A stretch of 64,000 bases of DNA, taken from Longimicrobiales bacterium (lineage in GTDB: Bacteria > Gemmatimonadota > Gemmatimonadetes > Longimicrobiales > Gaopeijiaceae). Each line of letters starts with the position of its first letter. Positions within the stretch are counted from its first letter, which is position 1. Location: NCBI GenBank assembly GCA_965226375.1, contig CBDDCX010000007.1, positions 96,001-160,000 on the forward strand. Reading direction: 5' to 3'. Below are positions 1 through 10,587 of the stretch, in pieces. Both the position numbers and the translations under genes were made by a program. Below the pieces are notes generated by a model. It searched no databases. It saw nothing but the letters and a program-made list of their open reading frames with translations, and was not told the origin of the DNA.

Positions 1-332
1 TAGATCCGTACTTCTTCGGCACCGATGACGTGGCCATCGCACGGCGTCCGCAAAGCCACCCGGAGGCTTTCGAGCGGGGCGCGGCACAGTACGCGGGCAA
101 CCTGGAGGATCACCTCTTGATCATCCACGGCATGCAAGACGACATCGTGCCCTTCAAGACGACGGTGGCGCTCGCCGAGGAGCTGATGCGCCTCGGTAAG
201 GACTTCGATTTCGCCTTCGCCCCTGGCGCCACGCACGGTTGGACGCGGCCACCCCACTACGCTCGGTACCTGCTCGGAAAGCTGGTGGCTCACTTCGATC
301 GATATCTCGGTGCGGGGCCCCGAGACCCGTAG
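1..332 (+). CDS. S9 family (dipeptidyl/prolyl oligopeptidase-like) peptidase, C-terminal part, runs off the window
   Basis: LLIIHGMQDDIVPF (catalytic Asp region) and PGATHGW (catalytic His) are typical of S9 C-termini. Confidence 0.75.
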   Translation, partial: DPYFFGTDDVAIARRPQSHPEAFERGAAQYAGNLEDHLLIIHGMQDDIVPFKTTVALAEELMRLGKDFDFAFAPGATHGWTRPPHYARYLLGKLVAHFDRYLGAGPRDP

Positions 333-373
333 AGGAGGCCAGGGTGGAATACCTCGGTGAGCTCGGAGGTGGG

Positions 374-1624
374 CTAGAGCCGCTCCAGCCCCAGTGCAGC
401 CGCCGGCAGGGACGTCCGACCCTCCAGCACCTGCTCCGCGATGATCTGCCCCGTCACGGGGCCTAGCGTGAGACCCAGCATGGCGTGGCCGGTGGCAACG
501 AACAGCCCCTCCTGCCCGGGGACCGGCCCCACATAGGGCATCCCGTCGGGTGTGCACGGCCTGAGCCCGCACCACTCCGAGCGAGGCGGGTCGTCACCTA
601 CGTCCGCCACATACTGCTTCGCGGCCGTGGTGAGCTGTTCCAAACGACTTCGCACCAGATCATGGTTCAATCCTGAAAATTCGAGCGTGCCGGCAAGACG
701 GGTGAAGTCGTCCAGGGGGGTACAGAAGACGGATGTTTCCGCGAGCACGCAGTGGATGCTCATCGAGGGCGCGCCCGCTCCGGAATCGAGATCTCGGTGA
801 TAGCCCTTTCCTGCCTGCACAGGGAGGCGCAACCCGAACTTGGCCGTGAGTTCCTGGCTGTAGGCTCCGGTGGCCAGTATCACCGTATCCGCTTCCAACT
901 CGTCACCGTCGGCCAGTCGGACACCCTTCACGCGGCCCCCGCTGCTCAGGACCTCGACTACGCCCCGGCCGGTCAGAACATCGGCACCGTAGCCGACGGC
1001 ACGATCAGCCATCTCCGTGACGAAACGATACGGATCACACGTAGCCGCGTCGGGAAAGTGGACCCCCCCGACCACACCATCCAGAAGAGCGGGCTCGAGC
1101 TCCTGGAGCTCGCCCCCAGTGAGCACACGGGGGTGGTAGCCGTGATCCCTCATCATTTCTGCGTCCCGCTTTCCACCCTCCAGGCCCTTTTCAGTGCGGC
1201 AGATCTCGTAGTAGCCCTGTCGCTGGTACGTGCAGTCCAAGCCCTCGTCGGCTACCAGGGAGTCGAAGAGTGCGAGGGTCGTATGGCCGAGGGGTGCGAG
1301 GGCTCCCATGCTCACTTTGAGGTGCTTCTCGGTGGAATACCGACGGAAAATCCAAAGCCACCTGGCCAGTCCGGGATCCCAGCGGACAGGAATGTAGAGC
1401 GGGCTCTTGGGATCGAGGAGGAGCTTCAGAGACTGGTGGATGCGGCTGGGCTTGTTCAGCGGAGGGTGGCCCGCCGCCACCGTACCCGCGTTCCCGTACG
1501 ATGCCGCCTTCCCGATCTCATCCCGGTCCACCAAGGTGACCGCCGCACCCGGCTTGGCCAGGAAATAGGCGCAACAGACCCCGATCACGCCCCCACCCGC
1601 TATGACTACGCGTCGTTCAGACAC
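374..1624 (-). CDS. FAD-dependent D-amino acid dehydrogenase-like oxidoreductase (DadA/DAO family)
   Basis: N-terminal GGGVIG Rossmann motif, ASYGNAG, WCGLRPCTPDG, ATGHAMLGLTLGP. Confidence 0.88.
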   Translation of the reverse strand: MSERRVVIAGGGVIGVCCAYFLAKPGAAVTLVDRDEIGKAASYGNAGTVAAGHPPLNKPSRIHQSLKLLLDPKSPLYIPVRWDPGLARWLWIFRRYSTEKHLKVSMGALAPLGHTTLALFDSLVADEGLDCTYQRQGYYEICRTEKGLEGGKRDAEMMRDHGYHPRVLTGGELQELEPALLDGVVGGVHFPDAATCDPYRFVTEMADRAVGYGADVLTGRGVVEVLSSGGRVKGVRLADGDELEADTVILATGAYSQELTAKFGLRLPVQAGKGYHRDLDSGAGAPSMSIHCVLAETSVFCTPLDDFTRLAGTLEFSGLNHDLVRSRLEQLTTAAKQYVADVGDDPPRSEWCGLRPCTPDGMPYVGPVPGQEGLFVATGHAMLGLTLGPVTGQIIAEQVLEGRTSLPAAALGLERL

Positions 1625-1724
1625 AACCGCTCCGCGTAGCTACCGGTGTGGCAAGGTCTCGACGCATCCAACCGACGGCTCTGTTTCCCGCTCGGGGGAC
1701 AGATTTCCCGAGTGCCGCTTCCCC

Positions 1725-2186
1725 CTACTGGACCACGAACCTCACGGTGTCCGCCACCCAGGGAGTCAACGGGACGTGTGCCCCGTCACCCACCACGGCG
1801 ATGACGATGTGCTCGCCCGGAGCCAGATCGGTCAACTCCATCTCTGTCTGGGCTTGGCCCATGTGGATGTGTACGCCCGGAGTCGACGGAATGGCCACGC
1901 CGGCCTCGGGAAGGTCGGTGTCGACTATGAGGTGATGGTGGCCCGTGCCATCCTCCATCGTCCCGGCAGGGGCGATGAGCAGATCCGACACCTCGAGCAT
2001 CACCACTACGGAGCTACCCTCTATCACCGCGTCGTTCGCCGGCTGGGTGATCATGACCGAGGGGACGGCCGCGGCAGGTGGAGCCTCGGCGGTGTCCGTC
2101 TCGCCGGCATCCGGTTCTCCTCCGCACGCTGCGAACATCAGGGCGACGGCTGCGGCGGTTGGAAGCACTAGTGCTCTAGGCGTCAT
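1725..2186 (-). CDS. DUF4399-like lipoprotein
   Basis: Lipobox FAAC; GTGHHHLIVDT, IHMGQAQTE and GDGAH motifs. Confidence 0.78.
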   Translation of the reverse strand: MTPRALVLPTAAAVALMFAACGGEPDAGETDTAEAPPAAAVPSVMITQPANDAVIEGSSVVVMLEVSDLLIAPAGTMEDGTGHHHLIVDTDLPEAGVAIPSTPGVHIHMGQAQTEMELTDLAPGEHIVIAVVGDGAHVPLTPWVADTVRFVVQ

Positions 2187-2334
2187 GGCAAGGCTCCTGG
2201 CAAATGAAGACGGCTCGTGGGCTCATGGGATGGCGGGACAACCTATTTGGTCTTTGCCGCCGAGGGCAACACGGGGGCCGAGAAAGCCCTAGCCCGATCG
2301 AGCGTAATCCGACAGTGTGGTTTGGGGGGTGGTC

Positions 2335-2385
2335 CTGTCCACACAGGGTGACACCCGATGTCCCGTTTCTGTCCACACACGGACG
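2335..2385 (+). promoter_or_regulatory. Putative upstream activator sites for a sigma54 enhancer-binding protein
   Basis: CTGTCCACACA repeated at 2335 and 2369; the second copy forms a TGTCC-N6-GGACG near-palindrome; 45-95 bp upstream of a -24/-12 box. Confidence 0.45.
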
Positions 2386-2428
2386 CCGTCGAGTCCACGA
2401 ACAGGCGGTATCCCGAAGATTCGATCAT

Positions 2429-2444
2429 CGGCACATATCTTGCT
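2429..2444 (+). promoter_or_regulatory. Sigma54 (-24/-12) promoter
   Basis: CGGCAC-ATATC-TTGCT matches (T)GGCAC-N5-TTGCW, about 70 bp upstream of the ATG at 2513. Confidence 0.65.
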
Positions 2445-2512
2445 CTGAGTTGGCTTCAGCCCCCGCCCGCTCCGTGAGTCAATCGCTCCTCAGGACGAAA
2501 GCAGGACGGAAG

Positions 2513-2881
2513 ATGCGCTACTCCAGCACCATTATCGGGCTCGCCTTATGCCTCAGTGCGTGTGCCAGTGGAGGCTCCAGCGGGGGCGGTTCCTCCCGCG
2601 ATCTGATTACTGGGGCACACCTCGCCGCGACTGAAGAGAGCAATGCATACGATGCCATCCGGAGCCTCCAGCCGCGCTGGCTCCGAGCCGGGATGTCGGT
2701 CTACCTGGACGGAGCGCTGGCGGCGGGTGGTAGGGAAGCCACGCGCGATGAAGGAGCAAACTTTCTCAGGACTCTCGGCACACGCGGTATCCAGGAGATG
2801 CGCTATCTAGATGCCCAGCGAGCGGCGATTCGGTATGGGATGGGCATGGGGGCGGTCATCGAGATCGGCACGATCAGGTAG
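2513..2881 (+). CDS. Small lipoprotein, stand-alone TonB-plug-like domain
   Basis: MRYSSTIIGLALCLSAC lipobox; NAYDAIRSLQPRWL...VYLDG...IQEMRYLDA...AIRYG pattern; true start is internal to the listed ORF. Confidence 0.7.
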   Translation: MRYSSTIIGLALCLSACASGGSSGGGSSRDLITGAHLAATEESNAYDAIRSLQPRWLRAGMSVYLDGALAAGGREATRDEGANFLRTLGTRGIQEMRYLDAQRAAIRYGMGMGAVIEIGTIR

Positions 2882-2898
2882 CAGCGCAACGTAGCGGG

Positions 2899-4299
2899 TT
2901 ACTCCTCGGCCCCGATAGCTTCCGCCACCGGGACGGCCTGCGGTGCAGCTCCGTGCTCGGCCGTCCGCTTAAGCAACCCGTACGCCAGCCATCCCGCGCC
3001 CGACAGCACCGAGATCAGCAGCAGCCACCCGAGGGCGTTCATGAGCAGCGCCATGTCGAGCGCCGGCCACCGAAATTGATACTGGATCAGCGCGCCGACA
3101 CGGGTGGTCATCCAGTGCCATCCCGTATGAGCTACCAACGCCGAGAGGATGATGGTCCCCACCCGCTCGGCGACCCCGTAACGGAACAGAGCCTCCAGCA
3201 GCGGGATCATCATCATGAGCGCCAGAATCTGACCGAGCTCCACTCCCACGTTGAAGGAAAGCAGCGACATCAGCATGTGGGATCCTGCGAACTGGAGTGT
3301 TTCGCGGAGGGCGAACGAGAACCCGAATCCGTGGACGAGGCCGAAGACCAACGTGATGGCCCATCGGCGATGCAGGCCGATCTTCCCCACGATGTTCTCG
3401 AGGGCCATGTATACGATGGACGCAGCGATGAGCGTCTCGACCAACAGCGGGAACCACAAGGTGTCGGGTGCCAGGCCGAACGCCGACGCGACGAGTGTGA
3501 TCGAATGGGCCACGGTGAACGCCGTAACGATTACGACCAACGGCTTCAGGCGCCGGAACGGAATCACCAGGCATAGCAGAAACAGCAGGTGGTCGATCCC
3601 GTCCAGGATGTGGAAAAAGCCGAGCTGCACGAATCGCAGGGCAGCCTGATGCCATCGCGGATCGAGCTTGACCACTCCCATGTCACCGTTGTACTGAAAC
3701 GCGCGGACTGCCCCGCTGGGGGGCAGGAACCGGAGCACCGTCACCACACGTAGGGCGAGCCGCTCCAGCCCGGGACGAATCGAGAAGTCGGATTGATCCG
3801 ACTCGATCGGATACTCGAACAGGATGTCGAGGAGCGCCTGTTGCCAGTACAGCTGAGTCTCATCGGGAAGCCGGGGTCCAGTGACGTGGGCCAACGCACC
3901 CTCATAGGTCGCGAAGGACTTGTCCGAAGGGATCGAGGCCAGAACGGCTACGAGCTGCTGCCCCTCCATAAGTGCGCCGTTCTCGAAGAGTTCGACCTCG
4001 TCGCCGATCCACTGCATGGCCGCATCTCGGAGTGATCGGTCTGCCTGTGCCACATCCAGGTACCCGGGCCCCAGAAGGGGGAACTCCATGTCTTGCATGG
4101 CGGTGAGAGGCACCCGAACCAGCAATCTCAACAACCGACCTTCGGGCTTGACGATCGCCTGGACGGTCACGTCGCCCGGAATCTCGTGCACAATTGCGGG
4201 CGCCACCGCTGCGGAGCCCGTGGGGCGAGCGAGCACCAGGGTCGCCGCCAAGGCGGCCACCAGGCACACCTCCATGGCTCTTCGGTGGTTGCTAATCAC
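2899..4299 (-). CDS. HupE/UreJ family membrane protein with N-terminal periplasmic domain
   Basis: GFFHILDGIDHLLFL, TAFTVAHSITL, FGLVHGFGF, FNVGVELGQ motifs; GTG start after AGAGG. Confidence 0.85.
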   Translation of the reverse strand: MISNHRRAMEVCLVAALAATLVLARPTGSAAVAPAIVHEIPGDVTVQAIVKPEGRLLRLLVRVPLTAMQDMEFPLLGPGYLDVAQADRSLRDAAMQWIGDEVELFENGALMEGQQLVAVLASIPSDKSFATYEGALAHVTGPRLPDETQLYWQQALLDILFEYPIESDQSDFSIRPGLERLALRVVTVLRFLPPSGAVRAFQYNGDMGVVKLDPRWHQAALRFVQLGFFHILDGIDHLLFLLCLVIPFRRLKPLVVIVTAFTVAHSITLVASAFGLAPDTLWFPLLVETLIAASIVYMALENIVGKIGLHRRWAITLVFGLVHGFGFSFALRETLQFAGSHMLMSLLSFNVGVELGQILALMMMIPLLEALFRYGVAERVGTIILSALVAHTGWHWMTTRVGALIQYQFRWPALDMALLMNALGWLLLISVLSGAGWLAYGLLKRTAEHGAAPQAVPVAEAIGAEE

Positions 4300-4449
4300 G
4301 TCTCGTCCTCTGTTTGGCACGGCCCGGGGCTCGGTCACGCACGTGGGGCGCTCGGGGATCAATATAGGAAATCTGGTTGTTACGGCGACTGAACCGTATA
4401 CTGACCGTCCCGCTTCGCACGCACCTAGAATTCAGCGTAGAGGAAGACC

Positions 4450-5685
4450 ATGAAACCGACGCGTAGTTTCCTCATTCTGGGAACCCTGCTCTCACTCACG
4501 CTCGCCATGGGAGCCTGTGGGGGTGCACCGGATGCGGCCGCCGCTGCTGCTGGAGAAGCGCCCATGTTCGAGGTGGACCCGTTCTGGCCCAAGCCGTTGC
4601 CGAACCACTGGCTTCAGGGCGCCACGATCGGCGTCGCGGTGGACTCCCGGGATCACGTGTGGATCGTGCACCGCAACACGCCCGATCAGTTCGCCGCGCG
4701 CACCGAGATCGGTCTCGCGCAGAATCCTCCGCTGAGTGAGTGCTGCCAGCCTGCACCGCCGGTTCTCGAGTTCGATCCGGACGGCAACCTCGTGGGATCG
4801 TGGGGCGGACCCACCGACTCCGGGGAATTCGAATGGCCGCTGTCGAACCACGGCATCGAAGTGGACAACATGGACAACGTGTGGATCGGCGGAAACGGAC
4901 CCTCCGACTCGCACGTACTGAAGTTCGCTCAGGACGGCACGTTTCTGATGCAGATCGGTCGCGCGGGTGCTCGCGTAACCGGCACGACACCAGAGGGCAG
5001 AGATATCTACGAGCGCAACAGTATGGACCCGGAGAGCTTCGGCCGGGTCGCCAAAGTCTCCTTCGACGCAGCGAACAACGAGATCTACCTCGCCGACGGT
5101 TACCTGAACAAGCGCATCGTGGTGATCGATGCGAATACGGGTGACTTCAAGCGGTTCTGGGGTGCATACGGCAACCCTCCCGACGACGCGGAGGCCGCCG
5201 CCATGGGCCGCTACTCGCCGGACGAGCCGCCTGCTCCGCAATTCCGCGGACCGGTGCACTGCGCCGAGCCGTCCAACGACGGGCTGCTCTATGTGTGCGA
5301 CCGGGCGGCCGACCGCATTCAGGTCTTCCAGCTCGACGGCACCTATGTGAGCGAGGTGTTCATCGCTCCCGCGACACTCTCTCAGGGCTCGACCTGGGAC
5401 ATCGCGTTCTCGCCGGATCCCGGACAGCAGTTCATCTACCTTGCCGATGGCCAGAACATGAAGGTGTACGTCATCGAGCGTGAGTCGATGGAAGTGCTGT
5501 ATAGCTTCGGTGACGGAGGGCGCCAGCCCGGCCTGTTCTTCGCGGTGCACAGCATTGCCACCGACTCTGAGGGCAACATCTACACCACCGAGACCTACGA
5601 GGGTAAGCGGGTCCAGAAGTTCCTCTACCGTGGCATGGGACCGGTCACGACCGAGAACGTGGGCGCTCCCTGGCCGGGCAGGTAA
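4450..5685 (+). CDS. NHL-repeat beta-propeller lipoprotein (peptidyl-alpha-hydroxyglycine lyase-like fold)
   Basis: Lipobox MGAC; FEVDPFWPKPLP, GVAVDSRDHVW, YLADGY, PVHC, YVCDR, HSIATDSEGNIY. Confidence 0.82.
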   Translation: MKPTRSFLILGTLLSLTLAMGACGGAPDAAAAAAGEAPMFEVDPFWPKPLPNHWLQGATIGVAVDSRDHVWIVHRNTPDQFAARTEIGLAQNPPLSECCQPAPPVLEFDPDGNLVGSWGGPTDSGEFEWPLSNHGIEVDNMDNVWIGGNGPSDSHVLKFAQDGTFLMQIGRAGARVTGTTPEGRDIYERNSMDPESFGRVAKVSFDAANNEIYLADGYLNKRIVVIDANTGDFKRFWGAYGNPPDDAEAAAMGRYSPDEPPAPQFRGPVHCAEPSNDGLLYVCDRAADRIQVFQLDGTYVSEVFIAPATLSQGSTWDIAFSPDPGQQFIYLADGQNMKVYVIERESMEVLYSFGDGGRQPGLFFAVHSIATDSEGNIYTTETYEGKRVQKFLYRGMGPVTTENVGAPWPGR

Positions 5686-5712
5686 CCCAACTCCGATCTC
5701 CACCCCGAAAAG

Positions 5713-5746
5713 AGCCGGTCCGGTGCCTTTGGCACCGGGCCGGTTT
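5713..5746 (+). terminator. GC-rich hairpin, probable intrinsic terminator
   Basis: GCCGGTCCGGTGCC-TTT-GGCACCGGGCCGGT followed by TT, 28 bp after the stop codon. Confidence 0.55.
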
Positions 5747-5769
5747 CCTACTCAAGACGGATCATCGAC

Positions 5770-6192
5770 ATGAGGCTCACCCATCTCATCAGCATCATTA
5801 CGCTTACGACATTGGCGGCGTGCGGAGGCACACCCGGTCCCGGCGACTCCGGCTACGCCTACAACGTGGACGGAACCTACTCGGGCGCCGTGACTGTAGA
5901 GGGCCAGGCGTTCAGCGGTAGCGTCGACCTGACAACGACCCCCGGAGGTGTCGTCACGGGGACGTTTACGGTCACACAACCCATTCAGATGAGTGGCGAC
6001 GTGGAGGGGACACTGATGAATGACCGCCTCACCGTCCGTATGACCTACGTGGATAATCCGCTCACCGGATGTAGCGCGGGCTCGATGACGGGCACGCTCA
6101 CGGTGACCGAAGGCGGCGCGGGCCTGTCAGGGCCGGTCACGGTCGACGACTGCGGGCAGACGTTGGGTGCGAGTGTGAGCTACACGAGGTAG
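5770..6192 (+). CDS. Hypothetical beta-rich lipoprotein
   Basis: Lipobox LAAC, Thr/Gly/Val-rich strands, two further Cys. Confidence 0.7.
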   Translation: MRLTHLISIITLTTLAACGGTPGPGDSGYAYNVDGTYSGAVTVEGQAFSGSVDLTTTPGGVVTGTFTVTQPIQMSGDVEGTLMNDRLTVRMTYVDNPLTGCSAGSMTGTLTVTEGGAGLSGPVTVDDCGQTLGASVSYTR

Positions 6193-6408
6193 CCGGCGGC
6201 GGAGATGACAAACATGGCTGGCCTCCTTGGGTTGGGTGCCGCAGGCCTTTTGAGCAAGTTCAGCGTAACGCCCCGCTCGAGTGAGGTCAGCCCTTCGCCT
6301 TATAAGATCAGAATCGCAATCCGTTGGGCGGTGCCCGATCAGGTTCAAAGCGGAATCGCATGACAGAGCGGTGACAGTCTCGAGCACACCTCCCGGAGGA
6401 ATAAAGAA

Positions 6409-6855
6409 ATGCCGATCGACTACGTTTACGACGCGACCGACAATGTCTTGTGCGTGTGTCCATACGGCACGCTCTCCGTGCCGGATGTCCGTCAATACCT
6501 AGAGGACCTCATCGACGACGAGAGGATCTCCAACCCGGCGACGGAGGTCATTCGTTTCGATGACGTTGAGAACTTCCGGTTCGCGATGATCACGGACCTA
6601 CCACGCATGCTGCCCCGCCTGCGGGAGGCGAAGAAGCTGGGCGCAACCGTCTTCGTTGCCGACAACTTCCTGCAAGCCGTCGTTGGAAGGCTGATGGTGA
6701 GGTTGCTTTGGTTGCAGGACCCCGGGTATCCGACGCGAGTCGTCTACGGCGGAAAGGACCTACATCGAACGCTGCGGGAGCTGAACGTCGTGACGACGGG
6801 AGGGGCGACCGCTGAGATCCACATGAACGGCCGCAACGCTCGAGATCAACTTTGA
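6409..6855 (+). CDS. Hypothetical protein (STAS/SEC14-like small alpha-beta domain, tentative)
   Basis: GGAGG RBS upstream; 148 aa with globular composition. Confidence 0.55.
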   Translation: MPIDYVYDATDNVLCVCPYGTLSVPDVRQYLEDLIDDERISNPATEVIRFDDVENFRFAMITDLPRMLPRLREAKKLGATVFVADNFLQAVVGRLMVRLLWLQDPGYPTRVVYGGKDLHRTLRELNVVTTGGATAEIHMNGRNARDQL

Positions 6856-6970
6856 ATGCAACAGGGTTAGTTCCTTAGCAAGTCCGATAACAGAGTTCTA
6901 AGGCACGAGAACGTCTCAGCCCACCATGGCGCGAATAAACCCCGAAGCCGCTCGGAACGCAAATACACTA

Positions 6971-7020
6971 TTCCTCCAACTGGGCGGGTGGATTCGAACC
7001 ACCAACCTCCTGGTTAACAG
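6971..7020 (-). repeat. att site: copy of the tRNA-Asn 3' half plus about 10 nt of trailer
   Basis: TTCCTCCAACTGGGCGGGTGGATTCGAACCACCAACCTCCTGGTTAACAG matches 10911-10961 except one substitution and one G deletion; identity stops at the anticodon loop. Confidence 0.9.
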
Positions 7021-7414
7021 GCCGGAGAACGCCAAATCCGGTTCCGCACCATTGCTGGAATTTCAGCCGATACCCAAGGAATCTCAGGCGATCCTTCATT
7101 ACTCCAGGGTACGGAAGTGCGGTTCGTCCACGAAATTAGAGTACCGGAACATGCACATTTCCATGCACACCCGAAGGCAAAAGGCGAGGGATTGCGAACT
7201 GGACAGGGGCGCACGGATCGGCCTCTGCATTGTCAAGAAGGCGGAGGCCTCTAAGCCACCGCACACCTCCCAACCTGTTGTGGCCCAACAGTTTAGAGTA
7301 CGACCTAGCGACGCAGCATCAACAACAGCCCCCACGACCCCCTAGAACACAGGAGCGATCCAATGACTGAGCACCACGCGATACCTCTGCCCTTGGGCCT
7401 GGGGAGGGCCGAGT

Positions 7415-10400
7415 TCACTCGGTGTCCGTCGATGCGGATCCAAGGGTGAAGCGGAAGATCGCCCCCTCTCCTGGGATGCCCTCGGCCCACACTCGTCCGC
7501 CGTTCCGACGCACGATTCGCTCCACCGTGGCCAGCCCGAGTCCGGTTCCTGAGAACTCCGCGTCGGTATGGAGCCGCTCGAATGCCTGGAAGATTCGCTC
7601 ACGGTCGTCGTTGTCGAAGCCGATCCCATTGTCCCGAACGTAGTAAGTCGGGAGTTCACCCTCGTTCTCATCGACGCCCAGCTCGATCCGGGCGTCGTCA
7701 CGAAGTCCCGTGTACTTCCACGCGTTCTGGAGCAAATTGGTCAGGAGAATCCGCAAGAGGGACTCGTCACCCACCGCCGTGATTCCCGGTTGCACCTCAA
7801 AGGTCACGTCGCGGCCCGGGACGAGAGCCCTTAGTTCGTCGATGATCTCGCGACCCAACGAGAGAAGGTCGACCACGACCTCTTCTCGACCGATCTCGAC
7901 CCTGTTCACGTCGGAGAGATCGCGAAGGTCGTCGATGATATGCGTCATCCGCCGGGCAGCTGCCCGAGTACGGTCCAGGTAGGTCCTCTGTTTTTCGTCG
8001 AGCGAATCGCCGAGGGCCTCGTCGAGGTGCTCGCTGAACTGCGTCACGGTCATCAATGGGTCCTTTAGATCGTGTGACACTGAGTGGCCGAACGCCTCCA
8101 GCTCGACGTTAGCTGCCACCAGTTCGGCCGTCCGGTCCGCAATCCGCTCGTTCAAGCTGAAAGTCAACTGACCGAGCTGTTCTCGGTGAGAATGGAGCCG
8201 TGCCGCATAGAGCGCCGTGAGGCCCGTCACGAGGGCCAGCAAGGCTGCAAAAGGACCCAGAAAGAGGGGATTCCGATACACTGGGATTGGGACTCGCGCG
8301 ATGCCGACCGTACCTCCTGCCTCGAAACGACCGAATAGGCTCTTCGCTTGCACCACGGCGACGTGCGACCCCGTCCCGCTCCGTGAGCTAGCCTCCCTAG
8401 AATGGCTCCAGGACGACCACGGACCGTCGCCGAGCCGGTAGCGAGTTTGGACGAGGCCCCACCGTTGCTCAGCCTGAAACGGGAAGGTTTCCCAGCGAAA
8501 GAGCACTTCCCCGTCCGGTGATACGTCGGAGTAGACTTCCACCTGCGGGGGCGGATTGGCCGCTTCGGCCAAGCTCAACATGTACGTCCCGCCTCCGATG
8601 GTACCCACGTACACCCTGTTCTGGACCGGCAGGACCGGCCAGACCCACGAATGATCCAGTCCCGTTACAGGCCCGAACGCTATGAACGAGCCGTCACTAT
8701 ACGCGGCTAGACCGCCGGTAGTCCCGACCCACACGGTCTCATCGGGAGCCACGCTCACCTCCCACACGTCGTCGCTCATCAAACCGTCGCGCCTGGTCAG
8801 GTAGCCCACCTCTCCATCCACGTCGATGAAGCCCAGGCCAGCTCCATTGTCTTGATGTCCGAACCACACCCGACCGTCCCGACCCACGTCCAAGGTGAAG
8901 ACGCGCCGGTACTTGAGACCCTCTTGCAACGTCCAGTGCCTCCAGGTCCCGTCTGCCCATCGGCTGATGCCCAGGCGCGTGGCGAACCAGCGTTCCCCTC
9001 GTGGCCCTTCTGCGAACGCGTAGACTCTGCCGCTCAGAAGACCTTCTCCCCCACCCCACTGCGTGAACTGGCCGTCTTCGTACAGGAACGCTCCGGGACC
9101 GGACAACCTCGATCCGACATCGAGCGTCACCCCCATCCCGAGGAACCAAAGACGTCCGCTTCGGTCGGCCGCGATTCTATGGACCCTATCCGCCCGCAGC
9201 CCCTGTTCTGGTCCGAAGTGCCGCCACTCCTGTCCATCCCAACGAAACGCTCCCTCGAAGCTGGATCCACTGCCCACCCAGATATTGCCCTCGATGTCCT
9301 GGCCCAATGCCGTGACGGAAATGGGTCGGTCGCCATCGATCGACCGGACCCTGCTCGTTCGCCCATCGGGCTCGACGATGACGAGGCCCTCGTCGGTGCC
9401 GATCCACAGGTGGCCGTTACGCGCCCGTAGGATCTCGTTTACATTGACGTCCGCACCGAGCCGTGGCTCGCCGATTCGCGTCCATCGGTCCAGTGACCGA
9501 CGGTAGAGGACGAGGCCCTCGGCGCCGCCAATCCAGAGGTCCCCGTTTGGGCGGAAGCGAACAAACTCCGGGTTTCCCGGACGTGCCTTGGGCAACGCGA
9601 GCCGAGCCCAGTGCCCGTCGTGACGAGCCACACCGTGTGGTCGACGAAGAGCACTACCGCGTCCCCGGTTGGGCCAAGGTCGAGCGAAACCACCGCGTTC
9701 GGTTCATTCAACACGGTGGGACGGAGGGGCTCACCGGGGCTCTGCTCCCAAAGCGTACCCAGGTTCCGATTCCGTTCCCTGGTTGCAAGCAGCCGCTCGC
9801 CGGACGGGCCGTCCTCGAACCGTGAGAGCCACGCCTGCATGGCATGACGCCACTCTTCGCCTTCCAGCTCGAAAAAATCCTGCCTGGTGGAGAACCACAG
9901 GCGCCCGTGCCGGGTGCTGCCAATCCTCAGGAATCGCCATTCGTCGGGTGGGGTCTGAACAGGAGCCGCGACCCGCCGTAACTGACCCGCGTCCCAGTGG
10001 TAGAGTTCGGCCGACGTCGTGAGCAGGAGGAAGCCACCGTCCAGGGGGGTAATGCTCTGTACTTCGAGGTCCGGCTCCTCGACCGTCAGCGAGACAGGCA
10101 CAAAACTTCGCTCGCTGCCCTGATAAAGTCGGCCCTCCACAAGCCCGAAAACTCCGCCCTCGGCGTCGGGCACAATGCTCGTCGCCACCGCAGTCGGAAG
10201 CCCGGCGACGGGGTTCCAACCATACCCGTCGTACCAGGCCACTCCGGCGGACGTGGCAACCCAAACCACGCCCTCGCCGCCTTCCACAAGATCCACCACA
10301 TGATCCGACGGGAGGCCGTCTCGAACACTGTACTCAGCCCAACGCCACGAGTCGTCCCAGGCGACCTGCTGCGCCATCAAAGTTGTACGTGCCACACCAA

Positions 10401-10587
10401 GGCTGGTGAGGAGGGCTAGAAACCAAATCAGGCTGCGAAAGCACTTGTGACCCTGTCGCCGAGTCCAGCCCGCGAAGTGCACTCCCCGACGAAGGATGGC
10501 CATCCCGCCTTCACCCAGCTCACGCTCGATGGCGTAGCAGCCCTCTAGGGCGGCGTGCAGGCGAGCGACTGGATCGGACACGGGCAC
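7415..10587 (-). CDS. Sensor histidine kinase with two-component-regulator beta-propeller periplasmic region; one frameshift near 9625
   Basis: ORFs 9439-10587 and 7415-9631 join in propeller repeats (DGLPSDHV, GLLSGRV, DGLMSDDV); TM helix; H-box SVSHDLKDPL, N-box NLLQNAWKY, DNGIGF, GTGLGL. True start is probably downstream of 10500. Confidence 0.85.

Noticed and set aside
4492..5703. Long antisense ORFs (also 752-1639, 53858-55105, 59384-60439 and others)
   Set aside because: Expected in high-GC DNA opposite well-supported genes; no motifs
6971..7020. Second tRNA gene
   Set aside because: Only the 3' half is present; no D-arm or 5' acceptor strand
6926..7345. 139-aa ORF across the att site
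   Set aside because: Translates tRNA and arm sequence (GGWIRTTNLLVN); typical spurious call
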